Shown here in pieces: positions 47,325-60,444 of a DNA stretch of 64,000 nucleotides. The stretch is taken from positions 682,001-746,000 of the forward strand of contig NW_027191415.1 of assembly GCF_041146345.1 (NCBI RefSeq), given 5' to 3'. The notes below the pieces were generated by a model. It was given only the letters and a program-made list of their open reading frames with translations. It did not search any database and was not told where the DNA came from. Made by a program: the position numbers and the translations under genes. Source of the DNA: Neodothiora populina (taxonomy: Eukaryota). Each line of letters starts with the position of its first letter. The first letter of the stretch is position 1.

Positions 47325-50300
47325 TTAACCTGCATTCCGAAGAGGATGAGGTCCTTTCCCAGCCGCTGGGCTTCCCTGTCGACTATTGGTGCCCTGCGCC
47401 AACGGACTTCCTAGCCTGGGTGTTCGCGGGACGCTGCTACCCCGAGTATTCATCCTGCCTCTGCCATTCTCTTTCAGCTTGCTAATTTCATCTTCTTTGC
47501 GTGCAAGCTGCTCCTCTCTGCTCTTTAACATAAGCCGCAGTTGCCTGTTCGTGCTCATGATCGCTTTCGTCTGCTTGTCCAGAGTTTTGTCGCGAGCTCT
47601 GATGCGCTCTCCAGTGACTCTCTTCTTCAGCTCAGCAACTCGCGCTTCGAGGGATGCATTGGCCTTGCCGAGCTGCGATGCCATGTTCGATGCCGTCTGA
47701 TATTGCTCGCGCAGGTAATCGAGATTCTCGTCCGCTTGCTTGGCCTTGTTCGCCAGCCTTGTGCGCTCAGCGTCGGCGGTCAAAGCCGCTTCTTTCAATG
47801 CCTCGAACTCTACTTGATCTGGAGGCGCTTGGCTGAGAAGTGACTCTTTAGCTATGCGCAGCTGGTCCTGAAGCCCATTGCGCTCTTCGCGCAGACTACC
47901 GAACCTAGTGTCGAGTGAGACGATGCGAAGAGTGGCATTCTGCTCCCGCGCGAGCGCATTATCGCGTTCCGAGACAAGATTCACAATTCTGCCGCGTTGC
48001 TCCTCTTGATCATATTGCAAAGTTGCCAACGCTTTTACGTGCTCTTGCAGCTGTTCTTGCGACCTATGCAGAACAGCATCCATGTCCTTCTGTCTCCGAC
48101 TCATCTCTTCCTTCAAAGCCTTGATCATCAGAGCCTGTTGTGACGCAACAGAGTCACTGACATGTGAGTCATCGAGGTTCTGTGAATCGTTCACATCGCT
48201 TGCGTCATGTGTACCTTTCGCTTTTTTTACGCCGTGGCTGTCCTCGCTGCTATCGTTGTGTCTTTTACGGGAGTGTCCGTCGAGAGAGACTTCGCTCGAA
48301 TCCCCTGAGCGTGACTCAGTCGGAGCTTGCGAAACTGTGAGCATGTCCATGTAATGGATTTCCGGAAGACTGTCCAAGGGCCACTCCGTGGGGTTGAGAT
48401 AATAGTCGATCAGGCTAGAAGCTGCTCGGTCGACAGAGTCATTGCCTTCCCTGTCTCTGCCGGCCTCACTTCTTAGAGTCGCCACTGTACCCACTAGCAC
48501 ATGCAGACGTTCGGCTTCAGATGCATATTGTGGAAGCGTTCTCTCAATATGCTCCGAACTCTTAGGTACAACAAGGAGATATGCGGGGACTGTCATCGTA
48601 CTCAACTGCGACAGGCGTGTCTGCGTGCTAGAGATGACGGCATCAGGAATGTTACCTTGTAATGCTATGATCATATCCGGTGTGTCTACGTGTGCCGCAG
48701 TATTGTCTGTTGTCAAAATTGTCGCTGTAGATCTGATACCTGCGCTATTGTTATCAAGATCCGAAGCGATCCTATTATCAACGTTGATACCGCGAAGGAA
48801 AGTCTGCAGCATGCCGACGATCCTACCCGGTCTGACAAGGAGAACGACAGTGAGGCCATACTGCTGCGAAGCGGCAAAGAACTGTTTGAGGAATCTGAAC
48901 TTTGTGCTCGTATCGGCATCCCATTGTGCTTGGAACTCCGGAAGGACCTGTGAGGCTTGTGTATAAGTCTCCTCATTGACAAGGTCCGGATGGAGTACAA
49001 TGTGGTCGAGCTCTTGTAAGAGCTTCTGGGCAAGATGAGCTCGGTCTGAATTAATCGGCCACACTTTACTCGTGAACTCATCGATTAGCTCTTTCCGCCA
49101 TGTCATCGTCTGCTTGTAGTGATCTCGCTGCTGCTCTCCGAAGTTGATCGGTATGCAACGGAGGCTGCTGCCATTGGTTTCTTTAGGAATTTCTTCCGCC
49201 GGCTCAAACATTGTAGCGCTTTTCAGTGGCTGAGGATCAGGGCCGTCGCCTGGTAGCAAAGTCTCGTAACGCTCGGAACGAAAGTATTCCTCAGGAGTCT
49301 CCTTGGTTATCACTTCGACAGCCGGGATCATCGACGGCGAGCGAATCTCGCGATCTTGTAGCGCCGGGGATTGCAAACGAGCAGGTACAGCAGAAGCAGG
49401 TTTAGGGGTGGAAATGAAAGCTGCAGCTTTTGAGCGATTCGCCGCGCGTGCGGCACTCATACGCTCCAGGAGCTTTGCTTTGCCCCGGGATGCAGTATCG
49501 GGAGTCAATGACATTCTGGGCGTATAAGGTGAAGGCTGTGGAGTCACCCTGGCACTAGCAGACGGAAGTCTTGGTAGTGTAGGAGCTGATTCTCCTATCA
49601 GGCTCAAGTACTGGGATGGCGCTGATGGAACCGGACTCGATGTGATAAGTGCTGGGTCTCTAGAGCCTGGTAAGGTACCTTCGTCTCGAACTACCGCAGC
49701 GCTTGTACTTTCGCCTTGAAATGGGCGTTCAGAGTTAGTGATGAAGCCAATGGAAGTTTTTGAATTTGACCTTCCAGGACGCGCCACTTCATCTGACGAT
49801 GCCTGGTGACGAGCTGGATCTGACGTCGAAGACGGAGTAACACCTTGACCCGGTTGAGAAGGTTCGTCCTGTATAGGCGGACCAGTGAAGCTGTGCGCGT
49901 GACTGTTTGTCGCAGTATTGATGGTCACATCCAGGGCAGGGGGAAAGATCTGCGTGTGGAATCTAACAGAAGTACCAGAGCTTGCCTCCCAAACATCCGT
50001 AGCCTGGTCTGATGTCACAAAAGAAGGATCGCGAGACTTCTCTACCACTTCGTGATTAGAAAGTGGGGACTTCGGTGGACTAGTCACAAGTGAGGCGACA
50101 CGATCAGGACCACTGTCGGTCTCCACTTGAGTAGCTATATCAACTTGCTGCGCAGCCTGCTCAATAGAATGAAATCGGCCAGGGCTGACTTGTGACTGCA
50201 ACCCTTGAGACGGCGATCGGCCCCGTGACTGAGATCTAATAGGTGTCTGCGTGGAACACGATGCTACTGGAATTGGGCTTGTATTTACAGCTGGCAAATC

Positions 50301-51800
50301 CGTGGAGCCGCGACCACTGTACGCTGCAATACCGCTTTGGTCAACACCAGACGGCTCCGAGTATGTTGAAGAGATTAAATCCTCATGTCGGTTAATCGTG
50401 TTGCTCTCCTGCAACGCGTTGTCAACGTCGGGAGGTTCAACACGCTGCCAAGCATGTATTAGCCGAGATAAATTGGGTCACGTGAATTGGCGTTTGGAGG
50501 TGCTTCACCAAAATGAATAGACATCCACAACATATGGGGACTAATTACTTACCTGATTAACGCTGCTTTCTAATCCAGCTTGATCATTAGACATGGTAAC
50601 GTCCTGCAGAGACGATGAATCAGGTTGATATTGTGTGTCGAGCGGCGAAGAGCCCGTGTCGGTTCGAATCGCGGCAGAACTCTCGAGTGGCATATCGGTC
50701 ACCGAATCATTAAGTTGAGAATCTGGAGTTGGAGCTGGTGCGCTGTATGGAGTGTATTGCAAGGCAGAGAGGGTGTGCACTCCTGAGGAGCTCGTGACGA
50801 CCACGCTGCTAGATATATCTTTGGAAGTGAGGGACTTCTCGGGCTCAAATTGGGAGTGTTTCTGCGTCAAATCAGGCGCGGCTGCTGCATCTGTCAGCGA
50901 CAGAGATAATGAATATTCTTCTGTAGGAGCTTCCTCATTCGGCTGCGTTCCAGAGATCACCTGTGAGCTGAAAAATGTGCTGTCCTCGACTTCCCAATCG
51001 ACGTTACTGTTCTCGCCCACAACTCGAGGAGTAATTCGAATCTCTATTGAAGCAGATGGAGCAGTTGTAACATAGTGGTCAATGTGTAAAGGATCGGGCG
51101 AGGTGTTGCCCGACACCTCATTGTCATTTGCGACCGTGTGGGTTTCATGGTCTTCTCGATTATGACTAGCTGAATAACTGTCTTGTATCTCGTGCAAGGG
51201 TTCCGAGGCGTCCATCGAATCATCTATGACCTGCGACTCCGAGATTGCCTCAGGAGTGGCTGGAGTCTTCGTGGTGTCGATGCGCGCTCCGTGAGACTCG
51301 TATGAAGGCGGTTCGGGCGACTCAGAGACTCCAGCGCCCGTGGCCACTTTTACAGAAGCGCGGTCCTTCGGTCGACCATCTGGCTCTATCGGAGCGCTTG
51401 TCGGAGTCTGTGAGACCGCATCTGAGGCCTGACCGAGAGATTTCCTTCCAAGCGCAGAAGACCTCCGTCTCTTTTTCGCGATTTTGGTGGCTTCCCAGTC
51501 CTCGATTGCCGCATCATTTGCATTTTCCTTAGGCTCCCAGGTAGGTGCATAAGTCTCTCCGTTCGGGCCATTCTCCCAGTCGATCTTATATCGCGTGCGA
51601 TCTTCAGCCAAGATGCGCCGTACCTTATACAGCTGATCCGGGTCGACTTGGCCGTGGGGGTGGTTCGAGATGGAGTCGCGACTGCTCGTGTAGGACACTC
51701 TTGTCCTATCTAGCTCTCCAGAGTTCTTTGCCGGTGCCTTACTCTTCTTACGAGGTGTGTCGGGGGGGCCAGAGTTCGTGCGCTTACGCTTTGGCGGCAT
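47325..51800 (-). CDS. Chromodomain protein with long disordered linker, putative HDA2/3-like domain and C-terminal coiled coil (about 1455 aa; intron 50552-50445)
   Basis: The N-terminal LYKVRRILAE...YKIDW...YAPTWEP is a chromo fold. Intron GTAAGT...GCTAAT...GCAG joins the two large ORFs in frame. The central globular region reads HIVLHPDL...STKFRFLKQFF...VVLLVRPGR, followed by a heptad-rich C-terminus. Confidence 0.75.
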
Positions 51801-52412
51801 TACGAATTTGTTAGAAGTTGCCGCTGTCTACCTCGGATCGAAGTTGCGAGCACTCATGAAAGCCATGGTTCCATTCAGAGGGGTAGTGGAGTCAGAATCT
51901 GACTTGCAACAAACGACGAGTGTTGGTAAAGTATAAGTGTGTTGCACAGTCAATTGATTACAAAGTGACAATAACAATAATAAATATTCAGACGGTCACT
52001 GCCAACCGCAGACAATTCACTACGGCGGGTCCGAGCACTGACGGTGACGCTGTGGGGTCCAACGACAACGATCGTGCTACACCACGTATGGCGCTGCCGT
52101 GTTTATAGTGGCAACCCGACACAACGGTACAGTGAGATGCAAGTGAGACTTAGTCGCCCAGCATGTCGGTGAATGAGTGCACTCTGCGATTGAGGTATCT
52201 ATGACACAAACATCACAGGAAGGCAAGGCAAGCAAAGACAAGCCTATCAAGCGTGACTCGTTCATTGTGAGCTACAATTAGCTCACTATTCGCGAAATGA
52301 TATGATGCTCACTACATCAATTCTCGATTCCAGAGTGCAATACGTCCGCATCTACGATGAGGATGCTGTTACGGTAAGAGAATCGACAGCCAACTGCCAA
52401 TCCAATAACACC

Positions 52413-53319
52413 TTATTTGTCGTTCTCCTTGTCTGCCTTTTCCTGGCCCTCCTTGGCCCGCTTTCTCTCGAGCTCCTGTATGGCTTCCTTCGGGCTGTCT
52501 TCAATGAGATCACTGTCACCACTGAGGCCAGTCCACTTGGGTAGTCCATCAGGTATATCCATGACACGCTGGTTGTAGAACATGTGACACCTAGAGAAAG
52601 AGAGTTAGTCCGAGAAACCAACGCTGTTCAACGCACTCGCATTCACTCACCTTGGCTTGAAGTTTTTCTTGTCTTCATCGGTCTTTAGGTGGATCAAACT
52701 AGGGAATAGTAGGATCATGTTCCTACCTTCGTCCATGATTGGACTGTGGCAGTAAGAGCATCGGACTTTGCACGGTAACTTGTGCTCAATGGACTTATCC
52801 GTCGGGTCGTACCATTCGAGATCATGGTGACCGTGGGAGAAATTGATGTCTTCCTTGTGGAAGATAGCGGCCCATTGGAACGGGGCGGCTGGAAGAGAGT
52901 CAGCTAAGCTCAAGATTCAATGGTGAGAGCGAGGACGTACCATGCTGAGTCTGGCAAGTGGTGCAATGGCAAAGCTTTGAATCTAAAGGTGCATCCCTGC
53001 TGAGTTGGTACTTGACTTTGCCGCAATGGCAGCTGGCTTCATATCTAGCCTTGAAGTCCGAGTTCTCATCGTGAATGGAGTACGGTGCTCTCTTCTGCCA
53101 CTCTTGCGGCTTCGAGCTGTCACCTGCGTTGGGGTTTGACTTGTCCATTGGAGGATTGGCAATTTGATTGCTGATAGATCTGGTCCTTACTGCAAAAGGA
53201 GTCCGGGAAACCTTTGTAGTTCTACTAATGCAGGAGAATGGGGTTAGAGGTCTGGACAATGGTGCAATTCCTCTTGAAATCAACTTGGAAGGCTGACGGT
53301 AAGAAATAAGGCAGGCCAT
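52413..53319 (-). CDS. GFA/CENP-V (Mss4-like) zinc-binding protein; ATGs at 53319 and 53148; 3 exons
   Basis: ASCHCGKVKY...LCHCTTCQTQH|AAPFQWAAIF...VRCSYCHSPI...KPR|CHMFYNQRVMDIPDGLPKW. Confidence 0.88.
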
Positions 53320-53850
53320 ACGTTTGTTTTTTGATCGATTTGTGGAATTGTACAGTGGAATGAGCTCAAGGACGACAGGTCGCGCGAATTGCAAGCAGCA
53401 ACGAAATATTCTCTGCTCGTTGATGAGCTACAGAAGAAGCACTTGCCTACTTCACCTTACCTCCTCGTGCATTCGCTGCATCGAGTGTTGATTGACCTCA
53501 TGAGTTACCCTATACTGACGTCACGCATCATAATCGCATTTTAGCTCGTCTGACATTTTGTGGGGTTGTACTGCGGGACATCTGCCCCGCCAGTAGCACG
53601 TTGGTAAGGTACCTACCTAGAAGGTAGTCAGATGCATACTGTACACGACCTTATTATGACACGCGAGAACAGGACAAATATCAGCTTGCTGGCCTGCTTC
53701 TACACGCGTCATGAGGAAAGGGGATTCTGGGTGGTGGTAATTAAGAATTCGTTAAACTCGATGCTCGTCTTGATCGCCGGTCTAGCCTAAGATTAGCGGC
53801 TAGATCGAGCGCGAGCCTCAGAGCCTCTTCGTCACCACTCCAGCCGAGGA

Positions 53851-56800
53851 TCATTCAAGCAGGCCTTTGGCCTCGCTCTCTCTTAGTCCCAGAACATTAG
53901 TCAAGTAGTCTAGCCTTGAATATTTGTTAGCCATCATCTTCCATTTGATGGACTTCCAATCTTGCAACAGTGTTTATACAGAGGACTCCAAAGAAAAGAA
54001 CTGACTTACTTCGTCTCGGCGGCTATCCTGTCCTTGTAGTGCTGGAACTCTTGCTCCACCACTTGCCAGACCTGCTTGCGTTTCTGTTCATCGATCTTTT
54101 TGATCCTCATTCTGAAGCGAGCGCTGACCGGGCGATGGTCGCTGACCCTGACTTCCCATCTTCTGTAGTCCTCGCCCTTGATTCTTCCCATGCCCCTGAA
54201 AAGAATCCTATCGCACCATGCGGGTGCTCGTTTCTTTTCGCTACTATCGTAATCGTCTGTCCCGACGTTGTACTTGTATGTAGGGGCGAATGTTATCGGC
54301 ATTTCCTTGAAAACTTGCAATCGAAAAGTCGGGTTCTTCCTGCGTGACAAGAGTAACTGATCACGCTCGAGCAGCTTCGCAAGATTGTTCTCCTTGACGG
54401 CTCTGACTACAGTATCCCGGGGCATCGCATCGATACGGTAGTTGAGATCTCCGTTCCAGATGCAGAGCTCGTGATCTAGAATCATTGATCCGTCACCTCC
54501 AGCAACAAATGTTCCTGAATTGTGGCCATTCAGGGCCTCAGGAAGACAAATTGATTCCAGGATCGCCGCGGCATCGTTGTTTCGGCTCGCGGTTTGGCCC
54601 TGTCCAGCCGCAAGATGGCAGTTCACCAGGCATATAGAGCTGTCGTCGAGCACCATGCGAATGATCAAGGCGCCCTTCATTAAACATTAGGACACGAGTT
54701 GCCGATTGGGGTTCACGTGGACTTACCTTATTACCATGCAAACCACCCATACCTCGCTTAATCTCCGAGGCGTTGACTTGCTTGATGCGACTTCGCAGAG
54801 CTGTCTTCACAAAGACACAGCTGAACAAACCTACCATACTGGAAGTATGAAGTAGAGCGTAGGCCTGATCTGCAGACATGAAATCTTCGATGCATCGTGA
54901 AATGTGGTCACGCCATGCTCGATATTGGTGTCCAACATGTTCTTGCTCATTGGGGTCCTTCTTCTTGCTCTTGAAGAAGCTTTCTATCGCAGTTGTCAGC
55001 ATCGGGGCAAGTCAAACACAGATGTCCAATCAGCACTCACTCGCCGTCACTTTCTTGTCCTCTAGATCAACAAGCTCTTGAAAGCCGAATATCAAAATAT
55101 CTGGAGGTTCTTGAGAACAGAGATAGTCCTTGAAGAAGTTGTTGTCCTTTGGATCATTTTTCAGATAAGTTGGTTTGGTTGCTCCAGCATTCCAAGTCAA
55201 TACCGCGGCCGTCATCTCGTCAAACTTGCAGAATCTATCATCGTAAGCTTGCATCTGAGCTTCTTGCCAGTCTTCTTCCATCAGGCCGTCCCATGGCCGC
55301 AGCATGTTGTCGAGGCCAAGCGAGACAACTTGCAAGCGGTCCATCTTCCAAAGACTTTGGCGGTCGGTAATGATGTTGCACACGGGCTTGTCGTGTGCTT
55401 GCCAGTCCTTCAGAGTCTTCCACGGCGTGGTTGATGTGTCGTAAACTTGGATTCTGCCAGTGTTATAACCGGCCCATAGGTAATGTCCAGCGCCTGTCAA
55501 GGAGATAATCTTGTAGGGACTGACATGAACCAAGCCGATGCAACTGAAGTCGCGCTGGTTGTATACAGACATTTTACCATCGGCATGACCAAAGTAAATG
55601 AGATCAGGCTTGTTGCTGATTGTAGCGACGGATGTGACTTCACCTGCACTGTCCTGCTGTAACGGCCGCTGCGAGACCTGGAACGCCGAGTCTGTTGTCG
55701 CATTAGGCTGAAAGACATGTATGGACTTGCCGCTCGCAAGCCACAGCTGGCTATTTACAATGATAGAGCAATTATGTCCTTTGACTGTCCTGAAGATCTG
55801 GGGCATGGTGTCAAGATTTGGCGTACCATCTCGACCAGCGGACCATACCGCGAGGCCTCCATCAGTATCCAAAGACCATAGTTGCGACGCATGACGATAC
55901 AGTTTTACAATCTCCTTCCGCGGGTGGGCGTTGTTCTTAGTGAACACAACGGATTGCGTTGGGATGTCAATCTCATGGATCTCGCCAATGCTACTACCCA
56001 GCCATAAACGATTGCCCTCCTCGTTTGGGTCAGGCGTTGGCTTGAATGCGAGTGCAGTGATCTTGATACCTTCAGCGTGAGCAAGAGTGAGACAAGTCTC
56101 GCCAGTCCTCAGATTCCAGGCGCGAGTGATGAATCCCGTTGTACAAACGATATCGCCACAGACAGCAAAGAGCTTGGTGTCATACCCGGTAGCAATCTCC
56201 CAAGGTCGGTAAGAGAATTGAGGCAGGCGGCGATTGGTCTGCGAAGCGTCCGGATATTCATTCAATGTAGGCTGAGCCGAACCTTGCGGCATTCCTTGTG
56301 GCATGATTGGGGGATCGTCAAAGTCGTCAGCACTCCTGGATTGAGGTTGTGGAGCGGCTTCTCTGGGCGGTTCCTCGCGTCGTGTGTCAGCTGAGCGGCG
56401 AGGGGCGGGTACGGCTGGAGCCAGCGGCTTCGAAGGACGAGAGGCAGTAGTATTACTTCTGAATCCGAAGCCTTGGGTGAGCGCAGATCTTGTACTGGTA
56501 CGGCGAGGCGGAGGCGGGGGATCGGAGATGAAGCTGCTCGGTCTGTACTGGATATCCATCGATCGCCTTGCAGGTATTCTCTGTTGTCGGACTGGACTGG
56601 TGCGACCGGATTTTATCTGTCGTGAAGGGCGTGGTGGCAAGCCAGGGAGTTGTTCATCTGCTCCATCTTGTGTGGAGATAGGCTGGAAGGATTGAGGATG
56701 GTATGACTGAGGATGAAACGACTGTGGCCGGGCATGAGGCGGATGGTATGATTGTGTCTCGAGGGAGCGGCTAATCGGCCTCGGGGGCTTTTCCGGGGGT

Positions 56801-57708
56801 TGTTCGTATCCGTGATCGCGAATGGAAGAGCTTTGTGAGGCAGTTGGAGAGAAGGGAGATGGACGAGGTCGGCTGTTTGAGATGGGTCTCGGCGAGGGCG
56901 AAGATTTGGCTTGACTATGGAGCTGTTTTGAAGAAGCACTTTCGGAACTGCTAGGCGGGGTACTGAAGGGTGATATTTCGCTTTTCGAGCCAGCGGTATC
57001 CGCAGGGGCAGAGTCGAGGGAAGGAGGTGGGAGGCTGGCAAGTTTCGGTTTGCCTGCACGGTTGACGGGCGGAGGGCCACCAGCTGAGTTATTTGGTCGA
57101 GGCTTTGGCGCGGAAGCAATCTCTTTCGAGTCTGTGTCCGCCAGGGGTTGCGATGGAAGCTGGGCGGCCTGCAAGAAGGCAGACATGCGCGCTTCCAGTG
57201 CCGGAGTGGTGACGCGACTGGGCGTTCTCGAATGATTCGCAGACGACAAGGCAGAAGTCGAGAGCGTGGGAGGTGTCACGGGAGCCCTGGAAGGAGTAGC
57301 GGAGGCTACAGGAGGTTGCGCATCCTTGGGAGGGGAGCTCGGGGACTCGACGTTCACGGTAGGGGGGGTGGGTCGCAATGACACTGGTGGCGCCGGAGGA
57401 GGCTTCTTAGACAGAACATCCTGTCCTGGGCGGGCACTGTTGCCGGACTGGAGGGAGGTCTGGAGGAGAGACGGAGTGGACGGTAGGTATTCGCTAGAGG
57501 GGCGCGCAGTCGGTGTCCGGGGATAAGCACGAGCATTGAGGCTGGCATTGCTCTTCTCGCTCCGAAGATCGAACAGCTGCGAGGGCGGTCTTGGGGTGAT
57601 TGGAGATACCGGCGGCTGGTCGTTTGCCAGAGTCTCGAATCTGGAGCGCAGGGATGACACCGGCTTGATGGAGGTGCTGTCCGTAGGGGAGGAAGGTGCT
57701 TCTTCCAT
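53851..57708 (-). CDS. Inositol polyphosphate 5-phosphatase with Pro-rich N-terminus and WD40-like propeller, 4 exons
   Basis: LTWNAGA, IFGFQELV, GMGGLHGNK|GA, VNCHLAAG, WNGDLNYRI, FAPTYKY, PAWCDRIL and SDHRPV catalytic motifs. Confidence 0.93.
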
Positions 57709-59373
57709 GATTGACGCACACTCTGACCAGTCCGGGCACCGAGTTCGAGGGAATCAGATAGGCGGGGGTACAGTAGTAGCACTTGGACTAATTGTTGCGT
57801 CCAGCAGACTAGACTGTATGTCGCAGACCAGTGCTAATAAGGTAGTTATGGGTGATGATGTGTAGGGAATGCGCAGCTACCGCTCGACAACCTTGACCGC
57901 ACCACTGCTACCCATGGCCATGCAGTTGTACCCTATCTCGCCTGCTTCTCTTTCTCTCTGGTATGATTTTGTGGTTGACTTGTCTTTCTTGCCTTCCTGT
58001 GATGTCTCCTGCGATAGAGTGGTTCTGGTTCTGCGTCCTGGCACTTTCCTGTTCCGTCGGTCTTGACTTTTGCACTGATGACGTCCAGGCGGTGCTTGCG
58101 CTTCCGTTGGGTGTGTAGAGAAATACAGTAGTTCACGCTTCACTAAACCGATCTGACAGACCAGTTGTTAGAGGAATTGACTATTTGCGTTCCTTTTATT
58201 CTTCAGGAGAGCTTCTAGCAGGGTGGTTTTGAGTTGAACACAAATGGCCCAGGCGAATCAAGCGTGAACGGCGATGCAGTAGGATTGTGGACGCGTGAAG
58301 TTGCAATAAGTTATCACCCTCTCGTAAAAGGATCGCTTTAGACAAAGTAGAGGTACGGGTGTCCGAAAGCCAAAATAGAACTAAACAATATAGACTCGAG
58401 GGAAATTCAGAAGCTGTATGCTGATCCAAACTGAAACATGTCTGTTCCCTGTGTTTCTCTACCTCTGTACACACAATACTGTAAGGTACCTTGCCTCGTC
58501 CCTCACTTTACCTTGCTCTTCCGCTGCACTACTACTGTACTCGCGAGACACACCCACCACCAAACTGCCAGGCGGCCCCAGATTTCGGGAAGCCTCGCAT
58601 CATTCGTCACAAAACACAGCCACAGAACGCGTAAGGGGGGGAAGCCACAATTCCACAAATCAGATGGTACCACGACGACTTCTCTCCTGTGTTTTGTTTC
58701 CACTAGGCAGCATACGGTATATTGCATTTGTTTCCTCGGCGTTGCACTGTAGAACTTGGTGGTCAGATGCTTCATCGAGTGTATATCTACAACATGACCT
58801 GGCTGGTTGTTGTTGTCGTCGTCGGGCATCCTTTTTGTGACATGTTCATGACTCGTGGACCGAGACGCTGTTCGCGCTGCTCGCCTTGACTGTGTCTATT
58901 GCAGATCGAAATAGTACCAAGCCAGGCGACGAGGAGAGCAAAGGCAAGTGATACGCCACGAATCAACGAGGCAGATGAGGCACTTGCATCTCCAAACACT
59001 CTGGTAAGATGTCCCTGTACAGTAGAGCTTTCTCCAACCTTCGATAAGATATCCGAACCCTTGAAGACATGCTTGCACAAGCACTAAAAAGGACCCTTGT
59101 CAAGGAGCCAACCTTACCCTACTTCGGCTGCACACTGCTTGAGTGTCCGAAACAGACAGCACAAGCAGCAAGTGTCAAGTGAATCACTAACAGCCAACGA
59201 ACGTGACGAGCGTGATTCTTCTCTCTCTCTCTCTTGCAGTAAAGCCGCAAACCCCGTCTTCCATCAACAAATCCACAAAAATCCACCGCATTGCCCTGTC
59301 CCTCTCTATACCTCATATTTTGTCGTAAACACTCAATCTTTACCTGGTCACAGCAAAAGAAACAATAACAATC

Positions 59374-59983
59374 ATGTGGTACGGTTTCCCTCGACATGAT
59401 ACAACCATTAGGCCCGCCAGCGCTCCGTATTAATCAACACCTCTCTCTATAGCAAGCACGTCCTCAACGCTCAAGTGTCCATTCGCTCGCCATGCTGTAA
59501 GTCGCGGCCCCTCCATTTCTAAAGTGCAGTAAAGAAGAAAAAGAAAAAGCAGAAGAAGAAGGAAAGGAAAAAGAACCAAGCCACCCTCCCTCCCTCCCTC
59601 CCTCCCTCCTAACCCCCAATAACAACCAACAACCAACACTGACGCGCCACAACGCAAAAAAAGGCAAGAAATGGTTCGACTGCGCCGAATGCCACGCAGA
59701 ATCCGAGACGCACACGCTCAAGCCCGCGCTAGAAATGGTCTTCGCGTGCAAGAAGTGCAAGAAATGCTTCCGGAAAGACGTGCAAGAGTTCGAGGAGAGC
59801 GACGAGTACTGCCCGCACTGCGACAACCACTTTGTGCTCGAGGCCGTGACGCCCCATGCGCGGCTCGAGGTCGAGGGCGATGATGTGCGCAAGGACTCGA
59901 GGATGCTCAAGGATGAGCGCGTCAGGGCTGAGGCGCCGCAGACGCTTTGGAGTCTCAAGGAGGCGAGTGAGAGGTTGGGGTGA
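59374..59983 (+). CDS. Small CHY zinc finger protein (exons 59374-59378, 59453-59496, 59664-59983)
   Basis: The spliced product is MCKHVLNAQVSIRSPCCKKWFDCAECH...H...ACKKCKKCF...YCPHCDNHF, which has CHY-type Cys/His spacing. Confidence 0.88.
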
Positions 59984-60444
59984 TTTTTGTTTGTTGTTGC
60001 TTCTTTGTGGGTTTCTGCCCATGCTATGAATCGCTTTCCGTTGTTGGATGGACTAGCAGGCGCAGGAACGAGGTTACATCGCACATGTGCTTGGTCTGGG
60101 TCATTCACCTCCGTCCGAGAACCACAAAAGCATATAGGACGCAGGATCGTCCGGAGGTAAAGACGTCTTCTTTTTGGTATCAGCATTGAGCGCATATCAC
60201 GATTTTATTACTCATGAATATTTCATTGTAAAACTTGACCGAGTGTCACATCTCACTGTCTGCCAGTCGTGCTGCTCGGAGGGGGGGGGGGTAAATTCAC
60301 ACGCCAGCTCTCGCATCCACTATCTAGCTTACTTCCTCATTCTCCCCTTCCGCGTGTGAGCGTGCCATGATGCTGTTGTTACAGGGCCGGCTCCCACCGC
60401 CTCTCCGAACGCCAATGCTAGGCCCGAAATGCAGAACAAGTCCT

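Noticed and set aside
50541..51800. Chromodomain as a chromovirus (Ty3/Gypsy) remnant
   Set aside because: There is no RT, integrase or LTR. The domain is N-terminal and splices in frame to a long cellular ORF.
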